Below, one piece after another: positions 1 through 8,666 of a DNA stretch of 24,658 nt. The notes beneath the pieces were generated by a model. It worked only from the letters and a program-made list of their open reading frames with translations, did no database searches and had not been told where the DNA came from. How positions within the stretch are numbered: position 1 is the stretch's first letter; the number at the start of each line of letters is the position of its first letter. The DNA comes from a virus (Duplodnaviria; Caudoviricetes), in the IMG/VR virus record IMGVR_UViG_3300020045_008087, positions 1 through 24,658 of that record. One strand, written 5' to 3'. Both the position numbers and the translations under genes were made by a program.

Positions 1-1266
1 CTAGGTAAAAATAAGAACCCTAACTACAACTATGACGAGTATCAACAGATGCCCGATGGCAAGATGCGATGTCTCAACTTCTTTGACCTCCCCAAGAAAC
101 CCTACATTATTATCAACCACACCAATCTGGGTAAGTATGTAGTGGATGATACCTCTATGGCTGAGCAAGCCCATCCTCAACAGGATATCTTAGAGAAGCG
201 TGGCAGACAGATAGTAGAGAACGCTGATCAAGCTACCTCAGGACTTGTTCTAAACTCCAATATGATCTCCCAGGAAGATGCTAAAAAGTTAATAGGTGAT
301 CCATCGGAAAAGATAATGGTAGCAGGTAGTGTTAGAGATGCAGCAGCCCGTCTTCCTATGAATATACTCCCTGCTTATGTCATAAACGATAAGACTGATG
401 CCCGGGGTGAGATAGACAACATCTTTGGTGCTAATGCTCCTGTTAGGGGTGAGAAATCAGGTATTGATACATTAGGTCAGGAGGTTATGTCACAACGAGC
501 TAATATGGGTAGGTTGCAGACGATAACCGATGCCCTAGAGGATGCTGCAGATAAGTTGTTTAAGGCTCTGGTTCAGATGATGAAGGTCTATATGGATGAG
601 GAAGATCTGATCAGGTTTACCCCATCTGAGGGTAAGACCAGATTCATCAAGTGGTCATCAGATAAGATTGAAGATGGTATACAGGTTAGAGTCAAAGCAG
701 GCTCTGCCCTACCTAAAGATAAGTTTGCCCTAAAGAATGAGACCATCCAGGCTATCGCTATCTTAGATCCTCTATCTATAGCCGAGGGGTTAGATAAGCC
801 AAACCCTAAGGAATGGGCAAAGAGGTTGGTATATTACAGATTTTTTATGGATAAGTATCTGGCAGAGATTCTAGGAGATGATGGCTCGGTTATTGACTCA
901 CAAGCTACCGGGGATATTCAGGCTCTAATGCAGGGTCAGATGCCACCTGTACCTGATGCCCCATCTAAGGAGTATATCGCCACGCTTGAGCAGTTTATGA
1001 AGTCGGAGGGCTTCAACTCCATACAAGATCCAGCTATCAAGCAAAGCATTATTGAGTTTGCCAAGGCTGTAATGGAGAAGGCGAATCAAGGCTTGGGCGA
1101 GGGACAGAATCAGGAGCCAGCTATGCCAACAGAAGCCCCGCCAATGGGAGAGGAAGCACCAATGGAGGGTATGCCAGCAGAACAACCAACAGCGCAGCCA
1201 CAGGAGGGCATGATGGCTGGAATGATGAATAGATTGAAGGGAATGTTAGGTGGGGGTAAGGAGTAG
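1..1266 (+). CDS. Phage portal protein, 5'-truncated by the window edge
   Basis: Frame is open from base 1 (LGKNKNPNYNYDEYQQM...). Portal-like segments (AEQAHPQQDILEKRGRQIVENA; GIQVRVKAGSALPKDK), an acidic Pro/Met-rich tail, and position directly upstream of the capsid gene. Confidence 0.8.
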   Translation, partial: LGKNKNPNYNYDEYQQMPDGKMRCLNFFDLPKKPYIIINHTNLGKYVVDDTSMAEQAHPQQDILEKRGRQIVENADQATSGLVLNSNMISQEDAKKLIGDPSEKIMVAGSVRDAAARLPMNILPAYVINDKTDARGEIDNIFGANAPVRGEKSGIDTLGQEVMSQRANMGRLQTITDALEDAADKLFKALVQMMKVYMDEEDLIRFTPSEGKTRFIKWSSDKIEDGIQVRVKAGSALPKDKFALKNETIQAIAILDPLSIAEGLDKPNPKEWAKRLVYYRFFMDKYLAEILGDDGSVIDSQATGDIQALMQGQMPPVPDAPSKEYIATLEQFMKSEGFNSIQDPAIKQSIIEFAKAVMEKANQGLGEGQNQEPAMPTEAPPMGEEAPMEGMPAEQPTAQPQEGMMAGMMNRLKGMLGGGKE

Positions 1267-1297
1267 ATATTAAGGGTGTTTTAAGGCTAAGTTGCTA

Positions 1298-1336
1298 TAT
1301 TGACAGGGTTTGATGTATTAAAATATAATTAACATA
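1298..1336 (+). promoter_or_regulatory. Sigma70-type promoter for the capsid operon
   Basis: TTGACA 1300-1305, 18-nt spacer, TATAAT 1324-1329; 32/39 identical to 8612-8650. Confidence 0.8.
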
Positions 1337-1356
1337 ACAAGAAACCAGAAGTCTTT

Positions 1357-1393
1357 AAGACTCAATCTCTTTTTAAGAGGTGGGGTCTTTTTT
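1357..1393 (+). terminator. Promoter-proximal intrinsic terminator/attenuator in the capsid leader
   Basis: Stem 1357-1371/1375-1389 (one A-G mismatch, G-U pairs), T-run 1388-1393; left arm overlaps the conserved motif AGAAGTCTTTAAGACTCA (1347-1364). Confidence 0.6.
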
Positions 1394-1400
1394 AAAGACA

Positions 1401-2468
1401 ATGGCAGCATTTACACAAAGAGTAATTTCAATAACACAAGACAAGATCGTTCCAAAAGTGTTCGATCAATTCCTTTCTGACAACCTTGCAACCTTCAGAT
1501 TCATCTCCAATGGTAAAAAGTGGGTCGGTGAGACTCTAAAATTCCCAGTTAAGATCGCTAAGAATACACTAGGTGGTTCATTCTCAGGCTTAGATGCTCA
1601 TGATACTGACGCTGTTGAGACAAGACAGTCATTATCTTATGATTTAAGAGCTTATGAGATTCCAGTTGCTATCCCAGGACTTGATAGATTAGTAAACGCT
1701 ACAGAGGCTCAGGTGATTAACTTAGTTAAAACTGAGATGGAGTCTACCGCTCAAGATGGCTTAGATGATGTTGGAGATATGTTCTACCAAGATGGAACAG
1801 GTAATGCTTCCAAAGATTTCAACGGACTATTAAACCTAGCAGACGATGGAACAGTTGCTACCACAGTTGGTAACCTATCCAGGTCAACCTACTCCTCACT
1901 AAACGGAGCTGTTAACGCATCAGGTGGAACTATGACTCTAACTAAGCTCGCAACCTTAAGGTCTGATGTATCCGGAGGTTCTGCTACCTCACAAAAGCCA
2001 ACTCTTATGATCTCGGATGAGACAGTTTGGAATCTTGGAGAGTCATTGCTTTCTGCTACAGTACAGGCTAATTATCAAGCAAATGGTTTCCCTGTAGTTA
2101 CCAGGACATCCAGAGGTGCTATCTCAGGAGCTGAGCTAAAAGGTGCAGCCGGTTTAACTTCTATTATCTATTCAGGTATCCCTTGGGTAGCTGATGAAAA
2201 AGCCACAGCACAGACTGTCTTTATGTTGAATGAGAATTACCTACTTTGGTACGGAATCAATGATCCTCAAATGTCACAACCATCATTCGGTGATAATGTA
2301 GACGGAGTATATATGGATATTCCATCTAAATACTCAGGTTTGAATTGGTCTGGTATGATGAAACCTATCAACCAATATGGTGAGGTTGGACACATCTATC
2401 TATTTGGAAACTTAGTAACTAATCAGCCAAGGAGACAGGGAAGATTAACAGGAGTAACAGGAGTATAA
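1401..2468 (+). CDS. Major capsid protein (HK97 fold)
   Basis: 355 aa from ATG 1401 (MAAFTQRV). DFNGLLNL and C-terminal FGNLVTNQPRRQGRLTGV resemble podoviral capsid proteins of the BPP-1 Bbp17 type (from recall); follows portal; followed by a decoration gene and terminator. Confidence 0.85.
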   Translation: MAAFTQRVISITQDKIVPKVFDQFLSDNLATFRFISNGKKWVGETLKFPVKIAKNTLGGSFSGLDAHDTDAVETRQSLSYDLRAYEIPVAIPGLDRLVNATEAQVINLVKTEMESTAQDGLDDVGDMFYQDGTGNASKDFNGLLNLADDGTVATTVGNLSRSTYSSLNGAVNASGGTMTLTKLATLRSDVSGGSATSQKPTLMISDETVWNLGESLLSATVQANYQANGFPVVTRTSRGAISGAELKGAAGLTSIIYSGIPWVADEKATAQTVFMLNENYLLWYGINDPQMSQPSFGDNVDGVYMDIPSKYSGLNWSGMMKPINQYGEVGHIYLFGNLVTNQPRRQGRLTGVTGV

Positions 2469-2469
2469 T

Positions 2470-3192
2470 ATGATAAATCTATCATCACAATCGCTATACA
2501 ATGAATCATCAGTCAGACAGCACCAACTTGGTAGCCTAGCTGTAGACAAATATGGAGACAGATACAGATACGTTCAGGCTGGAGCTGTAGCTTTAGCAAC
2601 AGGACACCTTCTACAAGAAGCAGCAGAAGATACTCAATTCAGATCAATGGCTGTAGCTGAGGCAGCAGCAATTGGAGCAACTTCCGTTGAAGTAACATTA
2701 GGTTCAACAGCAACAACCGCAAATATGTTTGAAGAGGGTGAACTAGTAGTTGAATCCTCAACAGGTCTTGGACAATATCGAAGAGTCAAGAGACACGATG
2801 TTGCATCAGGAGCTGCACAATGTACTTTCGTACTCGATGCTCCTTTGAAAGTTGCACTAACAACTTCCTCACAGGTATCAGTTAGAAAGAATGCTTATGA
2901 CGGAGTGATTGACTATCCAACTACACCAACTGGTGGTCCTGTAGGAATTGCTCAGTACGCTATGACAATCGCTTACTTTGGATGGGTCAAATCAGGAGGA
3001 AACTGTGTAGCACTCTTTGATACAGGGGCTAACGCAGCAGCAGATGAAAGTGGAATTATCCCATCAAGAGATGTTGCTGGATCAGTAACTCCTAATCTTG
3101 AAACAATCGCAGCAGGAATGCAGATTGGCTGGGCTAGAGAACAAGTTTCAACTGACTCAACATATAGCTTTATAACTTTAACAATAGATTAA
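2470..3192 (+). CDS. Putative capsid decoration/cement protein
   Basis: Starts 1 nt after the capsid stop, inside the same terminator-bounded unit; HQLGSLAVDKYGDRYRYVQAG and YFGWV motifs typical of post-capsid structural proteins. Confidence 0.6.
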   Translation: MINLSSQSLYNESSVRQHQLGSLAVDKYGDRYRYVQAGAVALATGHLLQEAAEDTQFRSMAVAEAAAIGATSVEVTLGSTATTANMFEEGELVVESSTGLGQYRRVKRHDVASGAAQCTFVLDAPLKVALTTSSQVSVRKNAYDGVIDYPTTPTGGPVGIAQYAMTIAYFGWVKSGGNCVALFDTGANAAADESGIIPSRDVAGSVTPNLETIAAGMQIGWAREQVSTDSTYSFITLTID

Positions 3193-3233
3193 TAGAGCTT
3201 ATTGACGAGTAAAGTTCAGGATAAGCAAGGAGT

Positions 3234-3257
3234 GACCCTTCTTGCGAAGGGTTTTTT
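3234..3257 (+). terminator. Intrinsic terminator after capsid and decoration genes
   Basis: GACCCTTC-TTGC-GAAGGGTT, T-run 3252-3257. Confidence 0.8.
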
Positions 3258-3266
3258 AATACAAAT

Positions 3267-3431
3267 ATGGCTAAAGCAAGAACAGTTAAAACAGAAAATA
3301 AAATAGTAGATGGCTTTTATAAAGGCTACGATTTGAGCTGGCTCAAAGAGAATCCAGAGCATCCAGACTTCTATCTGGTAGCTGAAGCCGAAGGATTAGA
3401 AGAGGTTGAGCTAGAGGAAGGACAAGAATAA
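3267..3431 (+). CDS. Small hypothetical protein, 54 aa (not in ORF track)
   Basis: MAKARTVKTENKIVDGFYKGYDLSWLKENPEHPDFYLVAEAEGLEEVELEEGQE; fills the gap and stops 1 nt before the next ATG. Confidence 0.7.
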   Translation: MAKARTVKTENKIVDGFYKGYDLSWLKENPEHPDFYLVAEAEGLEEVELEEGQE

Positions 3432-3432
3432 T

Positions 3433-4395
3433 ATGGGAGCAGCTAGAGATTATATACCAGCTTTAAAATACGGACACAAGATATACGCTGAAGATATTGC
3501 CGGGATGATTGGATTGCCTCATGTAGGTAATGTCTATTATGTTGATCCAACCAGCGGGAGCAATAGTGATAGCGGTACTAGCCATACTGCAGCTTTTGCT
3601 ACTATAGCAGCAGCTTATTCAGCTATGACAGCTGACCAGGATGATGTCGTAATCATTGCTGGCACAGGGTCGACAGGAAGAACTACTGAAACAGCAGCTG
3701 TTACTTGGGCTAAGAGACGAACACACATTGTTGGAAATGGACCAGTAAGAACTTTTAATGCCAGAAATGGTATCGGTCTTTACGCTTCAAACACAGCTTC
3801 AGCTTTTGTTATTTCAGCTACTAACTGTTCTTTTTCTAATATTTCCTTCGCAGCCTTTGGTGATACAGATGTTGCGGTAGAGGTTACAGCAAGCTATAAC
3901 ACTTTCAATAATGTTCACTTTCAGGGAATTGGTAATACTACACCTGCAGGAGAAACAGGAGCAAGATCACTCCTTATTACAGGCTGTGGAGAGAACGAAT
4001 TTAACAATTGTACTATCGGGTTAGATACTGTTACCAGAACTGTTGCTAATGCCTCTTTAGAACTTACTGGTTCTTGTCCAAGAAATATCTTTAGGGGTTG
4101 TTATTTCCCAATCTACACTAGCTCAGCTGATGCTGTATTTGTTAAATCAGATACAGGAAATGCGCACGAAAGATTCTTAGTCTTTGAGAATTGTTTATTT
4201 AATAATCCTACTACAGGTTCTTCAACAACTATGACTGTTGCTATGGACTTATCCTCAACTGGAAATGGTACTGTTTTCTTGAAAGATTCTTGGTTGAGAG
4301 GTTGTACTGACTGGACAAATACTTTCAATGATCTATATCTAACAATGCCTCTAACCGATACTGATGAGGGTGGAATAATGAAGATCGGTACTTAA
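3433..4395 (+). CDS. Right-handed beta-helix (pectin-lyase-like) virion protein
   Basis: YYVDPTSGSNSDSGTS...FATIAAA cap motif followed by Asn/Cys ladder repeats (NCSFSNISF, NTFNNVHF, NEFNNCTI, NIFRGCYF, VFENCLF). Confidence 0.75.
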   Translation: MGAARDYIPALKYGHKIYAEDIAGMIGLPHVGNVYYVDPTSGSNSDSGTSHTAAFATIAAAYSAMTADQDDVVIIAGTGSTGRTTETAAVTWAKRRTHIVGNGPVRTFNARNGIGLYASNTASAFVISATNCSFSNISFAAFGDTDVAVEVTASYNTFNNVHFQGIGNTTPAGETGARSLLITGCGENEFNNCTIGLDTVTRTVANASLELTGSCPRNIFRGCYFPIYTSSADAVFVKSDTGNAHERFLVFENCLFNNPTTGSSTTMTVAMDLSSTGNGTVFLKDSWLRGCTDWTNTFNDLYLTMPLTDTDEGGIMKIGT

Positions 4396-4403
4396 TACTC
4401 CAT

Positions 4404-4440
4404 CTATATCAAAGCACATCGATTCTGGTATAATTAACTC
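4404..4440 (+). promoter_or_regulatory. Extended -10 promoter, probably leaderless, with CTATATCAAA box
   Basis: TG-G-TATAAT 4426-4434, ATG 6 nt later; CTATATCAAA 4404-4413 also at 19485-19494. Confidence 0.6.
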
Positions 4441-4674
4441 ATGGCTGACATCTATACCCATAAGTTTATCTTTAATATCGGTGAAAAAGAGATTAAGGGT
4501 AACTGTGAGCTGAACACAGATGGTCTAGCTTCCTATGAGATTAAAGATATTTCCGCACCTATGCCTACACAACTACTTAAAGACTTCACCGAATGGATGG
4601 ATTTGATACTTAAAATGCACAGAAGTTCAGGAGAAATACTAAACATTCAAGTTAAACAGAAGGATCTAGCATGA
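4441..4674 (+). CDS. Hypothetical protein
   Basis: 77 aa; ATGA overlap with the next gene. Confidence 0.65.
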   Translation: MADIYTHKFIFNIGEKEIKGNCELNTDGLASYEIKDISAPMPTQLLKDFTEWMDLILKMHRSSGEILNIQVKQKDLA

Positions 4675-5138
4675 GTAAATATGCATCAGTACAGGATAAA
4701 GATGGTAATTATGAGGTAATATCCTCTAACGAGGCTTTTAAGCTAGAGTCTACCTGGACATTTGTTACAGCTACAACAGGAGCAACTGGAACACACACCC
4801 TCTTTACTGTCACAGGAAATTGTCTTGTCTCAGTTTTTGGTATCTGTGATACTAATTTAGCAGGTGCTGGGACTATTGAGGTGGGAGTGGCTGGAAATAC
4901 CGCGGGTCTTTTAGCACAAATAGCTGATGCAGAGAACCTAGACAATGGTGATAATTGGGTTGATGCTACTCCTGAGGTTGGGGTATCAGCATTGCCAGGA
5001 ATGTTTATTAACAACGATGGTTCAGATATTATTCTAACTATTGGTACAACAGCTATAACTGCTGGAGTTGTTGATTTCTACTGCTTATGGAGACCTCTTA
5101 GCTCAGATGGCAATATTGAGGTCACTACACCTGCCTAA
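4671..5138 (+). CDS. Small beta-sandwich (jelly-roll-like) virion protein
   Basis: All-beta pattern (TLFTVTG, AGAGTIEVGV, DIILTIGTTAITAGVVDFY) reminiscent of capsid cement proteins. Confidence 0.5.
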   Translation: MSKYASVQDKDGNYEVISSNEAFKLESTWTFVTATTGATGTHTLFTVTGNCLVSVFGICDTNLAGAGTIEVGVAGNTAGLLAQIADAENLDNGDNWVDATPEVGVSALPGMFINNDGSDIILTIGTTAITAGVVDFYCLWRPLSSDGNIEVTTPA

Positions 5139-5141
5139 CTC

Positions 5142-5876
5142 ATGCGAGATATATCCTTCATACGGGGTAAAGCACTAACATTAGATACCACAGTACAAGA
5201 AACCCAGGCACTACATACAGTCAGGCAGAAGTTCAACACCAATATCAAGGCAAAGCAAAAGGAGATTGACTCCCTAGCGGGTGTTATTACCCGCAATAGA
5301 CAGTTAGCCTCAGATGAGATTGAAAAGGTGTTGAAGGAGTCTCGGGCTGAAGCTAAGCAGTTAATATCCGAGGCAGAGAGCGCCAAGGGTGAGGCAGAGA
5401 CCATTTTAGCCAAGAATAAGAAAAATCAAACCCGATTAGACGTAATTAGCCAAGAACTTGATAAAAGAGAGGCTGATTTAGCCAAAAAAGAGGATCATAT
5501 CGAACAACACCTCGCAATGATCGCCAAAGAGAAGGAAGTTACCCAGGAGAACCTATTAATATCCCAAACACGCTACCAGGAGGCTGTAGAAGCCTATATT
5601 GGGGCTGTTTCGCTGCTTTCCTTGGCTGTAGACCAGATGGAAAACCTAGCTAAGATTAGGCAGGAGGTATCCGAGGAAATATATCAAACCCTGGCAAGAA
5701 CTGATATAATGTATCAAAGGGTTGTTAAGTTAACCAAATTGGTTGATGTTGATAAACTTTTACTCAAGGAGAAAGCCATAGAGCTTCAAGATAAAGAAAG
5801 GTTACTCTCTGACCGCAGAAGGCAGTTAGATAGGGTAGCAACGGAATTGAAGCAAAATGGTAAACGAAGTATTTAG
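5142..5876 (+). CDS. Coiled-coil protein
   Basis: 244 aa, E/K/L/Q-rich heptads, no proline. Confidence 0.7.
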   Translation: MRDISFIRGKALTLDTTVQETQALHTVRQKFNTNIKAKQKEIDSLAGVITRNRQLASDEIEKVLKESRAEAKQLISEAESAKGEAETILAKNKKNQTRLDVISQELDKREADLAKKEDHIEQHLAMIAKEKEVTQENLLISQTRYQEAVEAYIGAVSLLSLAVDQMENLAKIRQEVSEEIYQTLARTDIMYQRVVKLTKLVDVDKLLLKEKAIELQDKERLLSDRRRQLDRVATELKQNGKRSI

Positions 5877-7299
5877 TCCTACATCTAACAATGAAAAAGG
5901 CGCCCCGGTGGGGGGTGTATCCTCCTCAGACAGTGTTTCCCAGATTGTCCTACGTTTAGATCCCACCACAAAAAGATTATTGGTTGACGCCTCCATCTCC
6001 TCATATACAGGAGTAACAGATGGTGAGGCTGTCGATGCTGCGGATACAGGTACTCTAATCTTAGGAACTGATGGGACAAATTATCAGGTAGTATCAACTG
6101 ATAGTTCTGGCAGACTAGTATTAGGTGCTTCTTCTTTGGCTATTGGGAAATTAGCAGCAAATTCGGGCGTAGATATTGGAGATGTAGATGTAACCTCTGT
6201 CCCTACTGATCCTTTTGGTGCCAATGCAGATGCAGCCTCAGCTACAGGCTCTATAAGTGCAAAATTAAGGTTTATTGCAGCTACTGGCATCCCTATTACA
6301 GGTACAGTTGCGGTTACACAGTCTGGTACTTGGGATGAGGTAGGAATTAATGATAGCGGTAATAACATATCAATAGATTGGGGAGGTACTGTACCGCCCA
6401 TTGGTGCAGGATTAGAGGCTACAGCTTTACGTGTTACTCTTGCAACGGATTCAACAGGTTTGATATCAATTGATGATAATGGAAGTTCTATAACAGTTGA
6501 TAGCGCAAATCTTGTTACCTTAGCTGGTGCAGTTTCGGGTACAGAGATGCAAGTTGACGTTGTTGCTGCACTACCAGCAGGTACTAATAATATCGGTGAT
6601 GTAGACATATTGAGTATCGCTGCCGGTGACAATAATATTGGAAATGTTGATGTTGCTACCTCTGCCCTGCCGACAGGAGCCTCAACTCTAGCTGAACAAC
6701 AGACTCAGACTACTCATCTATCTACCATTGCAGGTGACACAACAGCCATAGAGACAGCAATCCAGATAATGGATGATTGGGATAACGCTGCCTCAGATGG
6801 AGCTAGTGTATCAGGAGATGTGGCTCATGACTCTGCTGATGCAGGAGAACCAGTTAAGATTGGTGGAAAAGCTATCAGTGCAGAACCAGCAGTCGTCACT
6901 GCAAACGATAGAGTAAACGCACTGTTTGATTTAGTAGGTAAGCTAATTGTTTTACCCTATGCAAACCCTGAGAACTTTGTATCTGGTGCGATTACCTCTG
7001 CAATGACTGGAACAACCTCAACCTCTCTGATTGCTGCTCCAGCATCAGGATTACGAAATTACATCACTCAAATCACAGTCTCTAACGCTCATGCTACAGT
7101 AGGAACTGACATAATTATTCAGGATGGATCAGGAGGTACTACTTTATATACAATTCCAGCAGCAGCAGTTTATGGAGGTGCCACCCTAACCTTCCCAACC
7201 CCCCTAAGACAACCAACTACTGCTACAGCAATCTTCTGTGCCAATGTAACCACAGGTGCAAGTACAAAAGTTTCAGCATCAGGCTATAAAGGAGTTTAA
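5857..7299 (+). CDS. Putative fibre/structural protein with IG(D/N)VD repeats
   Basis: 480 aa, rich in A/T/S/G/D; three IG(D/N)VD(V/I) repeats; compact C-terminal beta domain. Confidence 0.6.
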   Translation: MVNEVFSPTSNNEKGAPVGGVSSSDSVSQIVLRLDPTTKRLLVDASISSYTGVTDGEAVDAADTGTLILGTDGTNYQVVSTDSSGRLVLGASSLAIGKLAANSGVDIGDVDVTSVPTDPFGANADAASATGSISAKLRFIAATGIPITGTVAVTQSGTWDEVGINDSGNNISIDWGGTVPPIGAGLEATALRVTLATDSTGLISIDDNGSSITVDSANLVTLAGAVSGTEMQVDVVAALPAGTNNIGDVDILSIAAGDNNIGNVDVATSALPTGASTLAEQQTQTTHLSTIAGDTTAIETAIQIMDDWDNAASDGASVSGDVAHDSADAGEPVKIGGKAISAEPAVVTANDRVNALFDLVGKLIVLPYANPENFVSGAITSAMTGTTSTSLIAAPASGLRNYITQITVSNAHATVGTDIIIQDGSGGTTLYTIPAAAVYGGATLTFPTPLRQPTTATAIFCANVTTGASTKVSASGYKGV

Positions 7300-8606
7300 T
7301 GGCACTCGTTTTAACTGACCAACAGACGAATGTAACCGCTAATGATTTAACCAATAACGGAGCTACAGAGTATACCGCTACTAGTCCTTTTACTGCCGCC
7401 ACAACTTCAGCAGGGGTAGATGGGTCAGGTTCTAAGTATCTAACAGCAGCTGATACAACTGACAACTCATTTACCAACGACTTCACCATTGAGTGTTGGG
7501 TTAGATGGTCTACCCTTCCAAATAATGCTATCAATGAGTTTGTTTGGAAAAGCGGGGCATATAATTTTAATTTCCACTACACACTAGGCTTGAGACTTTT
7601 CACTTACCCTTTTGACTCTGTAGCTGTTGCTTGGAGTCCATCAGTGGATACTTGGTATCACGTTGCGGTCACTTTTGCTTCAAATCAGGTAAAGTTCTAC
7701 GTTAACGGATCTCAACAAGGAACAACCCAGACCGCTGCTAATTCTTCTACTGCTGACACTACTAACTCTCTTACTATTGGTGATAGTTCAGATCAGGGTG
7801 GTACCCCAAATGGAGCCCTTGCAATTACTGAGGTTAGATTGTGGAGTGTAGTTAGAACTGCTACTCAAATATCAAACTATAGATCTACGATGTTGTCGGG
7901 AGCTGAATCTTCTCTTGTAGCCTACTATCCGTTTAGAACCCGACCTACTATAGCTTGGGATGCAGCAACCTTTTCTGATGATAATTCAGGTTCGGCTACA
8001 ACCTTAACCTACTCCCATACTTGTACAGGTTCAAACCGCATCCTATTGGTTGGTGTTGGATTAAGTGGCGAAACGGATGATGTGACAGGTGTTACTTATA
8101 ACGGAGTTGCTATGACTAGAATTGGATTTGATGGAAATAGTGCATCGCAGGCAGTGTCATCTTATCTATATTATTTAATTGCTCCTGCAACTGGGGCAAA
8201 CAATGTAGTTGTTAGTGTAAGTAGTGGGCAAAATATCTCTTCTGTTGCTTCTTCATATACAGGTGCAAAACAAACAGGTCAACCAGATTCCAGTGCAACA
8301 AATGATTCTAGTACAGGAACAACGCTTGATTTAACTACTACAGTTGTAGCAACAGGAAGCTGGTTAGCTTCTGTTTACTGGAATTTAAATGGTAGAACAA
8401 AACCATCCAGCACAGTTTACCGACCCGTTTCTGGAGATGGTGGAGAATTTGCAGATAGTAATGTAGCGGTGTCTACTGGATCAAATACCCATCAATGGAC
8501 TACCAGCTCTTCGGGATCATCACAGGCAGGAGTTATTGCTTCAATTGCTCCTGTTCCAAGTGCTGCCTCTGGTCCTAGAAAATTAGCTATGATGGGTGTT
8601 GGCTAA
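7299..8606 (+). CDS. LamG/concanavalin-A-like domain virion protein with a second beta-sandwich domain
   Basis: DFTIECWVR, DTWYHVAVT, VKFYVNG, LTIG, ITEVRLWS, LVAYY motifs; TAATG coupling to the upstream gene. Confidence 0.85.
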   Translation: MALVLTDQQTNVTANDLTNNGATEYTATSPFTAATTSAGVDGSGSKYLTAADTTDNSFTNDFTIECWVRWSTLPNNAINEFVWKSGAYNFNFHYTLGLRLFTYPFDSVAVAWSPSVDTWYHVAVTFASNQVKFYVNGSQQGTTQTAANSSTADTTNSLTIGDSSDQGGTPNGALAITEVRLWSVVRTATQISNYRSTMLSGAESSLVAYYPFRTRPTIAWDAATFSDDNSGSATTLTYSHTCTGSNRILLVGVGLSGETDDVTGVTYNGVAMTRIGFDGNSASQAVSSYLYYLIAPATGANNVVVSVSSGQNISSVASSYTGAKQTGQPDSSATNDSSTGTTLDLTTTVVATGSWLASVYWNLNGRTKPSSTVYRPVSGDGGEFADSNVAVSTGSNTHQWTTSSSGSSQAGVIASIAPVPSAASGPRKLAMMGVG

Positions 8607-8611
8607 TGCCC

Positions 8612-8650
8612 TATTGATATGATTTGGTGTAGTGATATATAATTAACATA
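8612..8650 (+). promoter_or_regulatory. Sigma70-type promoter, near-copy of the capsid promoter
   Basis: TTGATA 8614-8619, 18-nt spacer, TATAAT 8638-8643. Confidence 0.75.
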
Positions 8651-8666
8651 GAGTTTTCTAAAAACC

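Noticed and set aside
1380-1400. GTG start for the capsid ORF
   Set aside because: Lies inside the leader hairpin; ATG 1401 gives a more typical N-terminus.
2446-2463. TAACAGGAG x2 at the capsid 3' end as a recoding or extension signal
   Set aside because: Simply encodes TGVTGV; no slippery heptamer, clean TAA.
3202-3224. TTGACGAG as a hammerhead core or a -35 element
   Set aside because: Not CUGANGA, no GAAA after a stem II, and no -10 at proper spacing.
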